DNA from: Eledone cirrhosa
Lineage: Eukaryota
Length of the DNA: 64,000 nucleotides
Assembly: GCA_964016885.1 (NCBI GenBank)
Contig: OZ024743.1
Coordinates: 194,246,001 to 194,310,000, forward strand
Direction of reading: 5' to 3'
Shown: positions 1 through 14,309 of the stretch, in pieces
Numbering within the stretch: position 1 is the stretch's first letter
How the letters are laid out: the number at the start of each line of letters is the position of its first letter
Notes under the pieces: model-generated
Told to the model about the DNA's origin: nothing
Seen by the model: only the letters and a program-made list of their open reading frames with translations
Databases searched by the model: none
Made by a program: the position numbers and the translations under genes

Positions 1-2530
1 CTAAGGAGATTGGCGGGTGTTCCGTGGCATTGGAGTAGGCCACAGACTGTGAGATGGCGTGCGGAATGTCCAGGGGCATGTGGAAACGTTGGACTGGAGG
101 CGTCGGAAGAGGCGGCGGATGGTGCGGTGGAGGGGTAAGGTGGAGGGGTGGTAGGTGATGGGGAAGGGGAGACGGTGGGTGGGTGTGCGGTGGCGTGGGG
201 TGAGGGTGGTGGAGCGGTGCACAGCACGGGCGCGGGAGAGATCGGTGTGGACGAGAGAGGGGGGTAACCTCTGCGGATGAAATCGCTGACTAGGGAAAGG
301 GCCTGGGACTCGAAGTCAGCATCTCGGCTACAGAGGCGGCGGATCCTGAGGAGTTGGGAGTAGGGAATGGAGTGTTTAGTGTGGGTGGGGTGGGAAGAGG
401 TGAAGTCGAGGTAAGAGTGGGAGTCGGTGGGTTTGAAGAAGGCGGAGGTGACGAGGGAGTGGTGGGAGGAGTCGAAGGCGACGGAGATGTCTAAGAAGGG
501 ACGTGGGTGGTGGGGATAGAGGTGGTGAAGTGGAGGGAGGGGTGGAAGGAGCAGAAGAAGGAGAGAAAGGAGTCGAGCTGTACTCGGGTGAGGGTCGTGG
601 CTCCGATACAGTCGTCAATGTAACGACCGTACAGTTCAGGCGTGGCGCCGGTGTACTGGGAAAAGATTTGGGCCTCAACATGGTCAATAAAAAGGTTTGC
701 ATAGTTCGGGCCCATTCTTGTACCCATGGCTACCCCCGTGACCTGTTGGTAAAACTCACCCGAGAAGGAGAAACAATTGAGGGTGAGGACCAACTCGGCG
801 AGGCGAAGGAGGGTGGGGGTGGAGGGAATGAGGGAGGGGCGAAGGTCGAGGTAGTGTTTGAGGGCGCGTAAGCCGTCGGCGTGGGGGATGACGGTATAGA
901 GGGACTTGATGTCTAGGGTGAAGAGGAAGGGCTGTGGGCCGGGTGGGTAGGTGAAGGAGTCGAAAAGGCGCAGGGCGTGGTTGGTGTTGGAGATGTGGGA
1001 GGGGAGGGTGGTGACAAGGGGGGCGAGGATGGGGTCGAGAAAGGCGGAGATTAGTTCGGTGGGGCAGTTGCAAGCGGAGACGATGGGGCGGCCGGGGTTG
1101 TCGGGTTTGTGGAGTTTGGGGAGGAAGTAGATGGTGGGGGTGCGGGGGGTGCGGACGATGAGGTGGGAAGCGGTGGGGGAGGAGGGAGGAGGGAAGAGGC
1201 GATAAGGTCTTGGATGGTTGAGGAGACTTGTTGTTGGTAGGGGGGGGGGGATCGGAGGGTAGAGGGCGGTAGAAGAGGGGGTTACAGAGCTGCCTGAGGG
1301 CTTCGGCCGTGTAGAGGTCCGCGCGCCACACCACCACGGCGCCTCCCTTATCCGCCGGTTTGATGCCGATGTCATCTCGGCTACGGGGGGAGCGGAGAGC
1401 GAGGAGTTCGCCCCGTGAGATATTGTACCGTTTGGAACGGTGGCGGAAGTCGAAACGATTTACTGCGCTACGGCTGGCCTCGACGAACGCGTCCAGGGTG
1501 CTAAATTGCCTTGGGGCCGGCGTCCAAGAAGATGGTCGTCGGCTCAGGGCGAGAAACGGGTCTGGGGCGTCCGGAGCCGGTGGCGTTCGGCCCAAATGTG
1601 CCTGTAGCTTCGTGCGTCGCACGAATCGCTCGACTTCCGTTCGGGTGCGGAACTCGTCGCTGTGCGGAGTGTGGGGTATGAAGCGAAAGCCTCTACTAAG
1701 GAGTGAGCGCTCAGGTGCGGAGAGGGGGAGGTCAGGGGGTATGGTGACAACAAGTGCTGGGGTTTGGGTGTGTGGGGGGAAGGGAGGGTGTGGTGAGGGG
1801 TGAGGTGGAGGGTGGAGATTGGGTAGGGGTGTGGGTCGAGGGAGAGGTGGAGAGTGGTGGGCGTATGGGGATGGGCGGGTCGTGGTGGATGGGGGTGGTT
1901 GGGAGGAGTGAGTGTAGATTGCGGGCTTTGGTGGAGCTGAGGAAGGAGAAGATGTTGTGGTTGAGGTTTTGGATGAAGGAGAGGATGACTTGGGCGAGGA
2001 GGGGGTGGCAGGTGGAGTTAAGGTGGAGGAGGGTGGGGGTCAGTTGGTGGTCAAGTTGGGGGAGGGTGGAACGTGAGGCGCGGATGGAGTTGCGTATCAG
2101 GAGGCGTGAGGATCGGGTGAGGATACGTTGCATGGAGGGGGAAGCGGCGGGGGAAGGGTGGAAGTGTAGACGGAAGCCGAGGGGGATAAGGTGGAGGCGG
2201 AGGCAGTGGCTGAGGAAATGGATGTGGCTGGAGTGCTGGGTTTTGGCGAAGAGAAGGTAGGAGAGTTGAAGGGCAGAGGGGAGATAGCAGGGTGGGAGGA
2301 GGGGGTGAGGAAAAGTTTGAGGTGATTATGTAGTTGGTGGAGAAAGGATCTCAGGCTGGGCATGGTGGGCGTTGGGTGAAAGCAGGGGGAGGGATGAGAA
2401 AGCAGGGGTGTGAAGCGGGGTGGAGTGAACGAAGGAGTGAGTGCGAAGGATAGGCAGAGACGGGGAAGGGAAAATGAAACAGAAAAACGTAACGAGGGGG
2501 GAGTATACACAGGAAAATTAAAGACAAAAA
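1..2530 (-). mobile_element. Penelope-like retroelement, frameshifted; runs off the left edge (GIY-YIG domain not in window)
   Basis: Minus-strand ORF pieces give the PLE N-terminal HIHFLSHCLRLHLIPLGF, LSAPERSLLSRGFRFIP and IKPADKGGAVVVW, then RT motifs and a post-RT SIPYSQLLRIRRLCS. The sense strand is very C-rich. Confidence 0.92.
491..1375 (-). pseudogene. PLE reverse transcriptase core (frameshifted fragment)
   Basis: YFLPKLHKPDNPGRPIVS, FTLDIKSLYTVIPH, GVAMGTRMGPNYANLF, RYIDD. Confidence 0.92.
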
Positions 2531-2919
2531 ATCATAAAGGTAAAAACACAGGCAATCGTGAACAAAAAATCATAGAAATAAAATTGTAAGAACACAATAT
2601 ATATATATATACATATAGTAGTGTGCAACGTTTAGTTACTATTAGCTGATTAGCTTGAGATTTCAATGCTAATATCGGTCTGGCTGGTGATGTGATATTC
2701 AACGTTTGGAATTTCATCGGAGTCGGTATCCTTAAGAAGCAGAGTGTTAATAATATTAATAATAAGGATAATAAGGAGCAAGAACGAAGTATCAATATGG
2801 AATCATTATTTTTATTCATATGTGTCGCGCGTTTCGCGATCGATTAGCTCAAGGTACGATGGGTAGTGATTGAGCCCGACTCTGGAATAGATAGCCCACC
2901 AGACTTGTAGAATCCACTA

Positions 2920-2961
<42 letters not shown>

Positions 2962-2967
2962 TAGTAC

Positions 2968-3051
<84 letters not shown>

Positions 3052-3065
3052 TCAAAAAACCTCAC

Positions 3066-3207
<142 letters not shown>

Positions 3208-3224
3208 TCATGACCTGGAGAAGC

Positions 3225-4430
3225 GTATTTCTCGCAACCGCCGAAGACGAGTGGGAAGTTTTCTACATCAGAATGACTAAAAGGTGAAACAAATACTGAG
3301 AGACATTTTGTCCAAACCTCTAACGATTCTACCAAACAACTGCCCTTTAGTGATAATTCGTTTTCACGTTAGCACGAGGTCAGCAATTTGGAAGAAGGGG
3401 AATGACGGTCATATCAATCCTAGTACGTAATTGGTATATATTTTTTTCTCTCCCGGAAGAATGAAAAGTAAAGTTGAACTCGGTACGATTTGAACTCAGA
3501 ACTAGGCAATTCGTCATTAATATGGGTAAATATTTTGTCCGACTCTCTACCGATATTGCCAATTCATCGAGAAATATTTAGGTTTTCTACATTTGGCACA
3601 AGGCCTGCACTTTAGGAGGAAGGGATAATTGATTAAATCGACCCCAGGACTTGACTAGTATTTTCTTTTCTCTAGATTGGTGGAGTTCAAAATTAGAATG
3701 TAAAGAGCAAGAAATCTAACGCTGTAATGATTCTCACAGACTTCAATTGTAATAACAACAATAACATCATCATCAATAACAACAGCAGCAACCACCACCA
3801 CAACAACAACAATAATAATAATCATAATCATAATAATAGTTTCTTATATAGGCACAAGGCCAGTAATTTTGGGGGAGGGAAAAGTCGATTAAATCTACCC
3901 CAGTGCGTGACTGGTACTTTATTATATCGACCACATAAGGATGAAAGGCAGAGTTAACCTCGGCGGGATTTGAACTTAGACCATAAAGCTGTTTGCTGCA
4001 AAGCATGGCGTCCGACCCTCTACCGATACTGCCAATCCACGACCATAATCATACTAATAATTGTTTCTACTTTTGGCGCAAGGCCAGCAAATACCCAGTA
4101 TATTGCTGGTACTTTATTTTGTCGACTCCGTAAGGATGAAAGGCAAAGTTAACTTCGGCGGGATTTGAACATCTACCGCCCTAATAATAATAATAATTGT
4201 TTCTACTTTAGGCACAAGGCTAGCAATTACGTAGTGCATTACTGGTACTTTATTTTATCGATAATAATAATAATGATAACGATTTCTATTATAGACACAA
4301 GGCCAACAAATTGGGAGGAGCGAAAAGTAGATTAATTCTTAAGGTTGAAAGGCAAAACTAACCTCAGTGAGATTTAAATTCAGAACGTTAATGGCCGTAA
4401 CACTATGCCACGAAGCAGGGTGTCGATCCA
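3225..4430 (-). mobile_element. Cluster of about 7 partial tRNA-derived SINE copies (octopus-type)
   Basis: Repeated blocks tttctactttggcacaaggcc / ctggtactttattttatcgac / ggatgaaaggcaaagttaacctcggcgggatttgaac; the B-box gttcaaatccc reads on the minus strand. Confidence 0.85.
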
Positions 4431-5583
4431 TCACCATTATCATAATGATAATAATAACGACAACAGTAAGGACAAAAACATGAACAAAATCAGCAATATA
4501 TTGACAATAATTAACTATATTTTCTATAAATGTTATTAGAAACAGATCTTTCAGGTTTGATTTATTTCCATGGTAAATATAAATGAATAAATAATGGTGG
4601 CTTGATTTCTTCGCTGCTTCTTGAACCTTCAGTTGTTGAGAGGATAAAATACACCGCAGAATAATCACGTCGAAAGTTGTTAAACTGTTTATTATCAGAG
4701 AGAATCGTTTTACTCATGACTGTTCAAACTGTGAAAGAAATGAGAGATGGTGAACGTAACATATCTCCCAGAAGACATCTTAGATCTATAACAACGTATA
4801 CATGTCATATTAAATTTCTGACGAAAATGTTTGAAATACGATTTAGATCGCGCAGAAAAGATGGAATAATATTTCAAGTTATATATAAAGGTTAATCCAT
4901 AACAGATTAAAGGTTTCATTGTCGATAAAAGAATTGTTATAGCAAGCTAGCTGTAACGTCTGACGAATGACATTTATCAAGAACAAACTAACGACTTAAA
5001 CTTATTATGATGAAGAAGCTTCATTGTAGAGAAGTACGATATAATAGAAGTCAGAAAATAATAGGCGACAGGTTTTGATTTCATGGAAGATAATACATTG
5101 ACAGGTGTTTCAAAGAGCGATATGATAAAGATACAGTTTATGATATGAGTCACACAAAGATTTGTTTGGATATAAGTGACAAAGATGAGAGTGTACATAA
5201 TATTAGGATGAATAAGATATAGGAAAATGCATTAGTAGTGGGCGGGAGAAGAGAATGTCATTTGTTATGTTCTTTAGAATGAATTTCTTCATTTGTAGAA
5301 AACACTTAATATGATCTGAGAATAGTAGCAAATAAAAAAATACTGACAGATCCAAGATAAGATACATAGTTCCATGAACTGGTTACAGTTATGAATTGAA
5401 TTCAAAGAATCCAATTCACATGGCTAGCAGTGACTACACGATCGCGTTTCGAGTAGTGGTAAAATTATCGATTGGAAATCACTTTATAGAAGAATATTAG
5501 CGCATGAATCCGACATTCACATATTGCAATATGAAAATATATATCTTACATAAACAAAAACACGTGACAGAAGAAATGGCAAT

Positions 5584-5634
<51 letters not shown>

Positions 5635-6084
5635 TTGTGTGTATATAATCACAACCGATTATCTTCTATTTTCCGCCTGAAGGAGCTATATTCCCGATTT
5701 ATTCACAACTATTCTACAGTGATGATTTAAGCGTTATCGTACTTTGCTCGAGAGCAAAATATACCTTGAAATATATATATATATATGGGTTTATTGATTT
5801 ACCCTTTTATGTGATTGCATAATAGTATAATGTATGGATTACTGTATGTTTGTTGGTTGGTAGTATGTTTAAATGTTTATTGGACTATTGAGTATACGCT
5901 ATTCAGTTTTCTGGTAGCCACATCTCAACAAAAACTAGAATTTAGGGGCAACAATGGCTTGGAGAAGATAGTTTTCTTACTAGCAATGTAGTGGATTAGT
6001 TTTAAGTTAATTTTAATTTGATTACCATAGTATCACTTTTCGGATGTTATAGTTTCAGTCACTGATATTAGTTTAGATTTATTC

Positions 6085-6295
6085 TCTCTGATCGATCGAC
6101 ACGATCCCAGACTGCATTCGCTTGCTAAGTGGAGTGAACCTCGTCAAATCGGACCAAGGAAACAATATTTCCATTGGTCGCATCTCCTGACAGAAAGAGC
6201 AACGTGAAATAAAGTGTCTTTCTCAAGGACACATCACTCGGTGCGAGGATTGAACTCGCAATCTCATGATTGCGAATCCAACTCTCTAACCAATT
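6085..6295 (-). mobile_element. Second SINE family, copy 1
   Basis: Aligns with 51017-51270 (tctctgatcgatcgac...aaagtgtctt...ggacaca...ttgaac); tRNA-like head on the minus strand. Confidence 0.75.
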
Positions 6296-8128
6296 TGATG
6301 TTATGTAGTTTGAGTATGGTTTTGGCTGCAGTGACATTGTTTTAATATGTATAGCTGATTATTTGTATTCTGTATGGCACGTGTAGTATTTTGTTGATTA
6401 GAAGTAAGTAAATTATACATGTGTATGAATTTGGTTTAATACCTGGGTATTGGTGATAATTACATTTTGTATGGTGTAACTTGAATAGTTTAAGATTATT
6501 GTAACTCCAGAATTGTGTTTATTACAGGAAAATTATTCTGGAGTCTGATATTAGTTGTAGTAATTGAGTAATGTTCTGTTGTTGTTGGTGGCGTCCTTCA
6601 TGGTGATGATGTCAATGATTTTAAAACCAAAGAACTTTCTACTTTCCATTGGAAAATTCCTGTTTTCCATTGGAAAATTTCTACATTTGAATGAAAAATG
6701 GTATGTGTGTGTGTTTCTGTTTGTTTGAATGTGTGTGTCCGCATCTGTGTTTAAGTGTGCTGTTTGTTCATGCTGCCTAATGTAGCGGTTGAACAAGAAA
6801 ATATCGTTAAAATATGTTCGGATTTAAAAATGGAAGTACTAGGGTCGACTAAAATCCCTTTAAGTTGGTGCTCCAGCATGGCCAAAATCTACTTATGGAA
6901 AAAAAAACGTCAAAGAATTAAGAATAAAAGAATATATACTTCAGTAAACACAACTTAAAATTTAGATATTAGGAAAGAAGTAATGTAATGAAAACAAATT
7001 ATTTTTATATATAAAAGGAAATAAAATAATGTGCTACGAATATTATATACATTTGAATCGTTGTTGTCTAAATTATACGCTTTTAAATATATTATAGACA
7101 CAACCAAGTTATCATTCCTCTAGAATTGTTTCAGTAAAAGGGAAATATTAAAGTGTTTAAAAAAATATTCACATTGGCAGTAGGACAAAACAACATGAGA
7201 TCATTAATAAGCTAAATTATAGCATTAAAACGATTTACAAATTTGATTGTCTAGCAGATAATTGGCTATATGTTGGTTTTTAACAACCTTTTGTTTACAC
7301 AATACTATAGTGGCTGTTTATTGATTGCAGCGAAGAAGAACTTACAAGAGGACCTTGTTAGTTTTGCAATGTAACGTTTCTAAATTATCAAGAAATGTGG
7401 AAGCTTAACAGTCACACATCAAAATAATTTCTCTTTGTAAAAAGAAAATAATTTACTGGAAATATCTTATGTATTCTGAATTCAACAAACAGGTTACTGT
7501 GTTTACTATAAGTATAAAATAAGTATTTAATTCATTTCTGAATTCGTTTTATGGCACATATTTTATATTGTGATTATATCCAATTGATTCTTTAATAAAA
7601 ATCACTTTAAAAGGAAATTCGATTTTTATATCAACACCAAAGAAAAAATTGAGGATTTAATGAAATCTAAAAACCAGATATTATGAGTTAAAACAATATT
7701 CCTGATATATATTTTCTATTAATCTTATATGTACTTTTAGAAGAGTTTAGTTCTCATTTCAACGGCACATATTTAAATTTGGCGAACGTTTTCACATTAT
7801 CTGGAAAGAGAAAATAAAAAGTGTTTTATATTCAGGTTTTTCTGCATCTCATTTAGTGAATAAATGAAATTGCTTCAATGGAACTGATATATTATTTTAA
7901 CCTTATTCTCAATTCTTGGAGAGTTTACCTATATTCATTCTTTGATACACATTGACAATAAATTTTGAATATATATGTTACTTAAAATACATAACAACTA
8001 AGTATCGATATGTATTCATCGGAACTCAGAGTTTCATGATCGGTTTTGATTAACCGTAGCAAATTAATCTCGCGTGCATCATACAATTCATACTCAGATA
8101 AGTATACTCACAGACACACATGCACCCC

Positions 8129-8228
<100 letters not shown>

Positions 8229-8284
8229 GATATAGATGCGATACAAACCACAACAGAAACACAAACCCTTCATCTCAATTTTTC

Positions 8285-8318
8285 TTTTGAAAAGCATAGG
8301 AACTGTGAAACCGGTAAA
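8285..8318 (+). ncRNA. Degenerate minimal hammerhead (U3:A8 core variant)
   Basis: TTGAAAA gcat aggaa ctgt GAAA ccgg TA; homologous to 22256-22295, stem I eroded. Confidence 0.5.
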
Positions 8319-10918
8319 TGTCAATAAATAGATATTCTTAAATGACTTCAGTTGCATCTTCAATTTCTTTTCCTTATATATATGGCCTATTAGATCCACT
8401 TGCATATGGATGTCCATAAACAGGAGTCCAATTATGGGATAAATAGCTTGGGAGAGAAGGTTTGTCCCACAGGGTTGGCATGTATATATATGTAATTATG
8501 TACTTTTATATATGTTAATTTCTCTTTTATTTCGTTTATACCAACAACTATCTCTCTTTCCCACTATAGAAACCGTCACAGTCTTGACTGATTATGTACT
8601 CCCAGCCTCTCGCTTGTCAGCTCAATGCAAGCGCATTCTTAGACAAATTTTCTGAAATTCATTTAGCAATTCTACATAACTATTCGAAAAGAATAAAACA
8701 AAATAACGTTTAGGAAAGAGATAGTAACATTTCAATCCACCAATTTAAAAATTCGTGTATGGATAGGATAGTATTTGCCTTTCATCCTTTTTTGGCTGAT
8801 ATATTATACATATTGCATGCATTTGATCAATTAATCTAATCGACTATAAATCATTCTTACGTATTCTGAACTTGTGCCAATGTAAGGACTAAAAAAATAC
8901 AGCAAATTTAAAGTTATCTTTAAATTTGATGAACGATTCTTCCATCGCTGGTTGTAAGTATCTCTAGATTTCACAAAGAAATAACATATTAATTTTATTT
9001 GAAATAATTTATCAAATAGGAATAAAAAGTTATATATTTAAATGCAAGATTGAAGTAAATAGTTAGTAAACTTAGATAATTTGTATATTTTAAAACACCC
9101 ACTCGCTCTGTATGAATGAGTCATATTCACTTCCACTTTTTTTTGTAGATGCACTCATTAAAAGCATGAAGCCGGTCAAAATATCTAGTTGCTTCTAAGA
9201 TTTCTTTATATTCAACACTCTGAATGTAATTTATATAAATTGTTAGATGAGTGTTATTATGTGGTAAACAAGAAGTGTTAAAACAGCTGTCGTCACATAG
9301 AAATGATTGGAACATGGTATATTGCACGAAACCTTACGTGAAATTATACAGAATAGTGATAACTTGCATGTATAAATGCTAATGTGACACTATTTTATTT
9401 CTGCACGTATCTTACAGAGAAATCTCACTCTGGGAATAAAACGATAATAATGCCTATGCAAATTTCACAAGCCAACATATGCTTCGTGGCAATATGTCGA
9501 TTTATAATTAGCAGGAAGCCTTTTGAAATGAAATCAACTGGTTAACATTGCCATAAAAAAAAAGAATCATAAAAATGACAGTCGGTGTTAGTATAGCATA
9601 CAGTAATATATTAAGCTTTCTGAAATTCGTTTTACATATATATTATAAAACTAACGCAGCATGAATAAGAAACTGTGAAGGGTACAAACCGAAGTTACCA
9701 CCACTCTAGAATGCAGTTTTAGAATAACTATCACTATAGAAGCTACAAATGAAAACGAACGAATATAACTAAATGTTTGACATTCCATGTTTCTCATTGC
9801 AATGTTTTGTGTAGATAAGTAGTATTTCGGAATTTATCAGTGAAAGTTGCCTACCGACAATGGCTATAGAATCCATTTATAAACCATTTATATGGAATAT
9901 ATATTTCAATTAACATCGAAGCTGTGGATCTGAAGATCCCACATGATATAACAAATGAATATCCCTGCTAATAAAACGCGATACCCTAAAACGTTGTAGA
10001 ACAGTTAAAAACAAGTATAAAATTGTTCTACTCTTAACAATATAATACCACCCGTTTTTTAGCTCTATTACCTAACAATGAAAAGTTCATTCTCTCCATT
10101 TACAGACGGAAACCTAAGGGGATGAATAGTTTAAAAGTATTTGAAATTTACGACCTCGTATTTACCTCCTTACTACGGAGTATATTAAAGTATTGGTAAT
10201 TCTAAATGAGGATCTATTAGTTCAAAGTGAGATTAAGTGGGATTAAGAATGTCAAAATGAAAATTTAAGACAGTAGAGTATGCTTTGGCTACTATTTCCT
10301 GCATGTCAAGCAGCCAGGTAAAGATTCTAACGTCGGTTGGTGATTTCGTTCTTTTATGTTAGTCATAAAGGTGTAATAAAATTGTCCCTTTCTTCATGTA
10401 GTAGAACAAACACATCAAGAACTCGAGACCATCATCCTTACTAATTCGGTTAGCTGTTGCATATTTCTAAAACACATTTCAGTTTACGTATATTTTCTAA
10501 AATCGATATCAATATAAATCTGTAACTAAAGAAAAGGTTAAGAAAATGTTTTCCTCGCTGTTCTTGTTGGATTTACAATATGTACAATGAATATTCACTT
10601 ACACTTATGATTAAAAAATAAGAAGAATACTAGATTGATAAATGCCAGATTATAAAGAAAAATCAGATCTGTTTCCAAAGTTATTCTCAATCTAAGAAAT
10701 ATGTTGTTGATCATCTTCTGTAGATTAAAAATAATTCTTCAAACTCATATGACAAAGGAGTCGTCTTTAAGAATGTTTGTTAGAAATATTGAATGGATAG
10801 GATTAATGTCTGATAGATCAGAATATAATAAAAAAAACTGCGGCGGAAGAGTGAGTGTGTATGTGTGTGGTTGAAAGATATAAGACAAAATGAAGGAGAA
10901 ATAGAAATGTTTGGACAG

Positions 10919-10962
<44 letters not shown>

Positions 10963-10965
<3 letters not shown>

Positions 10966-11026
10966 TGAGATTCTACAGGACTAGAACTGTAGAATCAAAC
11001 AGTTCTAGTCCTGTAGAATCTCATCT
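10963..11026. repeat. Perfect ~28-bp-arm fold-back; family shared with 53086-53264
   Basis: agatgagattctacaggactagaactgt ... acagttctagtcctgtagaatctcatct. Confidence 0.85.
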
Positions 11027-11129
11027 ATATTAAAATTTTTATACTCTGCAATGTATTAAGTACCTTACTTACTGTGGTTACCTCCGATTCAACCCGGAAT
11101 AACGTAATATATATATATATATATATATA

Positions 11130-12208
11130 TTTAAATTTCAAAATCAAACCTGTTCCGTAGATAAGTTTAGACTTTAAGATCCAAATATGTTTCGAGTTAA
11201 ATAAGTGTAGGAATATCAAGTCCCGCACTCCTCAGTAAACATCCAGAGACAAATTGATATGCTTCACTTCTAAATAATTTAAAAGACTGCGTGGCGCACA
11301 TGGCTTTACAGTATCTAACTAGTCTCATAACCGTACTGCTAGAAATAACAGTCGTGTATATGAGGCGGCTTTGCAGCTCAAACTAGGAGCAGATTAAAAT
11401 TAATAAGGTAATGAATTCTTTTACAATGGAATCAGCTCGAATGAGGAAAAAATATATCCCATGAGCAGTGTATAAATTAATATGTATGTGATGAAACACA
11501 GATACCAACACATCTGTATATATATTGCGAAAGAAAAATTTAGCCAGATTGAAGTATACTAATTATTATATAATTCAGTTTGTCCATATCGATTTAAAAT
11601 AATAAATCAACGGAGACGAACTGTATTGGCAAAAGGCCGTGATGTTTAGACACATTTAAATTTCAAAATCAAACCTGTTCCGTAGATAAGTTTAGACTTT
11701 AAGATCCAAATATGTTTCGAGTTAAATAAGTGTAGGAATATCAAGTCCCGCTCTCCTTAATTTTAATCTGCTCCTAGTTTGAGCTGCAAAGCCGCCTCAT
11801 ATACACGACTGTTATTTCTAGCAGTACGGTTATGAGACTAGTTAGATACTGTAAAGCCATGTGCGCCACGCAGTCTTTTAAATTATTTAGAAGTGAAGCA
11901 TATCAATTTGTCTCTGGATGTTTACTGAGGAGTGCGGGACTTGATATTCCTACACTTATTTAACTCGAAACATATTTGGATCTTAAAGTCTAAACTTATC
12001 TACGGAACAGGTTTGATTTTGAAATTTAAATGTGTCTAAACATCACGGCCTTTTGCCAATACAGTTCGTCTCCGTTGATTTATTATTTTAAATCGATATG
12101 GACAAACTGTAGTATAATAATTAGTATACTTCAATCTGGCTAAATTTTTCTTTCGCAATATATATACAGATGTGTTGGTATCTGTGTTTCATCACATACA
12201 TATTAATT

Positions 12209-12210
<2 letters not shown>
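11130..12210. mobile_element. Non-coding permuted and inverted element A-B-C-A / B'-A'-C' between (TA)n tracts
   Basis: 11130-11230 is repeated at 11655-11757; 11757-12210 is the reverse complement of B (11231-11403), A and C (11473-11654). Confidence 0.85.
11920..11995 (+). ncRNA. Candidate type I hammerhead (inverted copy at 11165-11240)
   Basis: gttta CTGAGGA gtgcggga..tcctacac..ctc GAAA C..G TC taaac; 5-bp stem I and GUC site, irregular stem II junction. Confidence 0.55.
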
Positions 12211-12241
<31 letters not shown>

Positions 12242-12282
12242 GCATCACACTCACTCACAGATATAGATATATATATATATAC

Positions 12283-12375
<93 letters not shown>

Positions 12376-14230
12376 GTATTGCATTGATTCTTGCCTACAG
12401 CATATGTGGCATTTCTATTAGTATAGTATGCATAATAGTTACCAGAATTATATAGAATTGACTGAATTTGGCCGGATCGAGAAATAGTCAAAGCAAATAC
12501 CAAACACATTGCTGAAATATCATCTATACAATCTTTCTAAATTCCCTTTTCCTTCTTGGTACTTCATATTCCTGTTACAAAACAAAACCACCTTTGGCAT
12601 TCTTCTAAGCAACTATTTTGGCAAGTATACTGTGTACTTTAAGAAATATATCCATAAAATATTACTACTGTATTTCTAGGTATATATTCTTCAATACGAT
12701 TCATTCCATATAGAATATATGTATTAATACATGCATCATTATTTTCCAAAGATGCTTTACAATTCTTTGTATAGCATATGTTTTTTTTTTACTAATACTC
12801 AAAATCTATTTGTTAGTTTGTCGTCAGTCTCTATTAAAGACATTTCTGTTTATGATGGCTGAGATAGAGAATACATTCTACCGAATAACAGTAGTCAATA
12901 GAAACTAAAAGTGATATTAGAGAGAAAGAATGATTTACATTATATTTAATTAAACAAAACAAAATTTTTGATTTTAACTGAAAATACTTTTGCACAATTA
13001 CAAATTTGTTTCACATCAAATTTTCCGGTGACGCCTTGCAGCTTATTTTAATTGCAATGCAATGCGAACTCTTTAAATACAAATTCTTCCTTCAATGAAA
13101 AAATGGAAGCTATACAGCTTCCAAGATAACAAAGCAGAAAATATGATATTTAAAATAGCTACATATGCAGTCTATTGCTGGTAATATTTTTCTCCAAGAA
13201 TATTAGTACGATTTTAATAAATAAGCCGTTAGCTAGAATGCTGGTAGGTTATTAACAAACGAAAAAGAATAACTCACTTGCTTAGGCCATCATAACTAAT
13301 ACAATATTGGCAAGTAGGAGGTCTTCTGTAATAAAGTTAATGCCTGAAGACCGCTGTAGCATGCTGCTGGGATGAGAAGAGACACATATGGTTTCGTTAC
13401 CTGTTTGTGACGCACATTTCATAACGTTTGTAGGTAACGCACATTTGATAACATCATTCATTTTAGATACCTTGCCTTGCTCCACGCCCTATCCTACACC
13501 AACCACAAGAGAACCTTAACAGTTTGCCGTGTTAATGTAAATTAATATGAGTCTTGAATTCCTATACACACATATAAAACAACATATGCGCGCAGACATC
13601 CCCATGCATACCAATACACAGAATTCGTAAACACACATAAATACAAACGCTGATATACACTCACATGAGCAAACACATTAACAGAAAAGGAATGAAAAAT
13701 GCATAGAGAATATAATTTCGTATAAAACATGCAACCGCGTTGTTCCAGTATGTAACAGTAGTGATTATACAATATCCATTATCAATGGTAAGTATAACAA
13801 GGAACTAGGAGAGCACTTAGTTTTGATTGAAAATGAAACAACCAAATGAAAATATAGATATGTTCAATATTGATTTAGAATGTAGACCAAGGTGGTGTTG
13901 TGACATTTCAGCAGTTTTCAAGTCTGCAAACGGTATAAATTTAATAAATGGCAACAACAATAAAAGGCAAACGTAGATTTAGGTTTACATGGATATAGTG
14001 AAGAAATACTAATATAAATATACCCTTTGGCATCTCTGAGACAAAATCTAGTCTTTGGTATAATTTGGAATATGTTTTCTGTACTAAAAAATAATATTTG
14101 CAATCAATTTCAAGTTAACGTTAATAACAACTACGAAAAAGTTTCAAGAGAATGATATATTTCTGTTCGGTGTACCTTTTACTTTCTTTCTATTCTTTTC
14201 CCCAATAGAAATGAAGCTGTAAACCGACAC

Positions 14231-14309
<79 letters not shown>

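Noticed and set aside
503-2260. Plus-strand Gly/Arg/Trp-rich ORFs
   Set aside because: Antisense shadows of the PLE coding strand.
3225-4430. Regularly recurring repeats resembling an array
   Set aside because: Stacked truncated SINEs in eukaryotic DNA; not CRISPR.
4812-4850. CTGACGA aaatgttt GAAA
   Set aside because: Stem II is too weak and there is no stem I.
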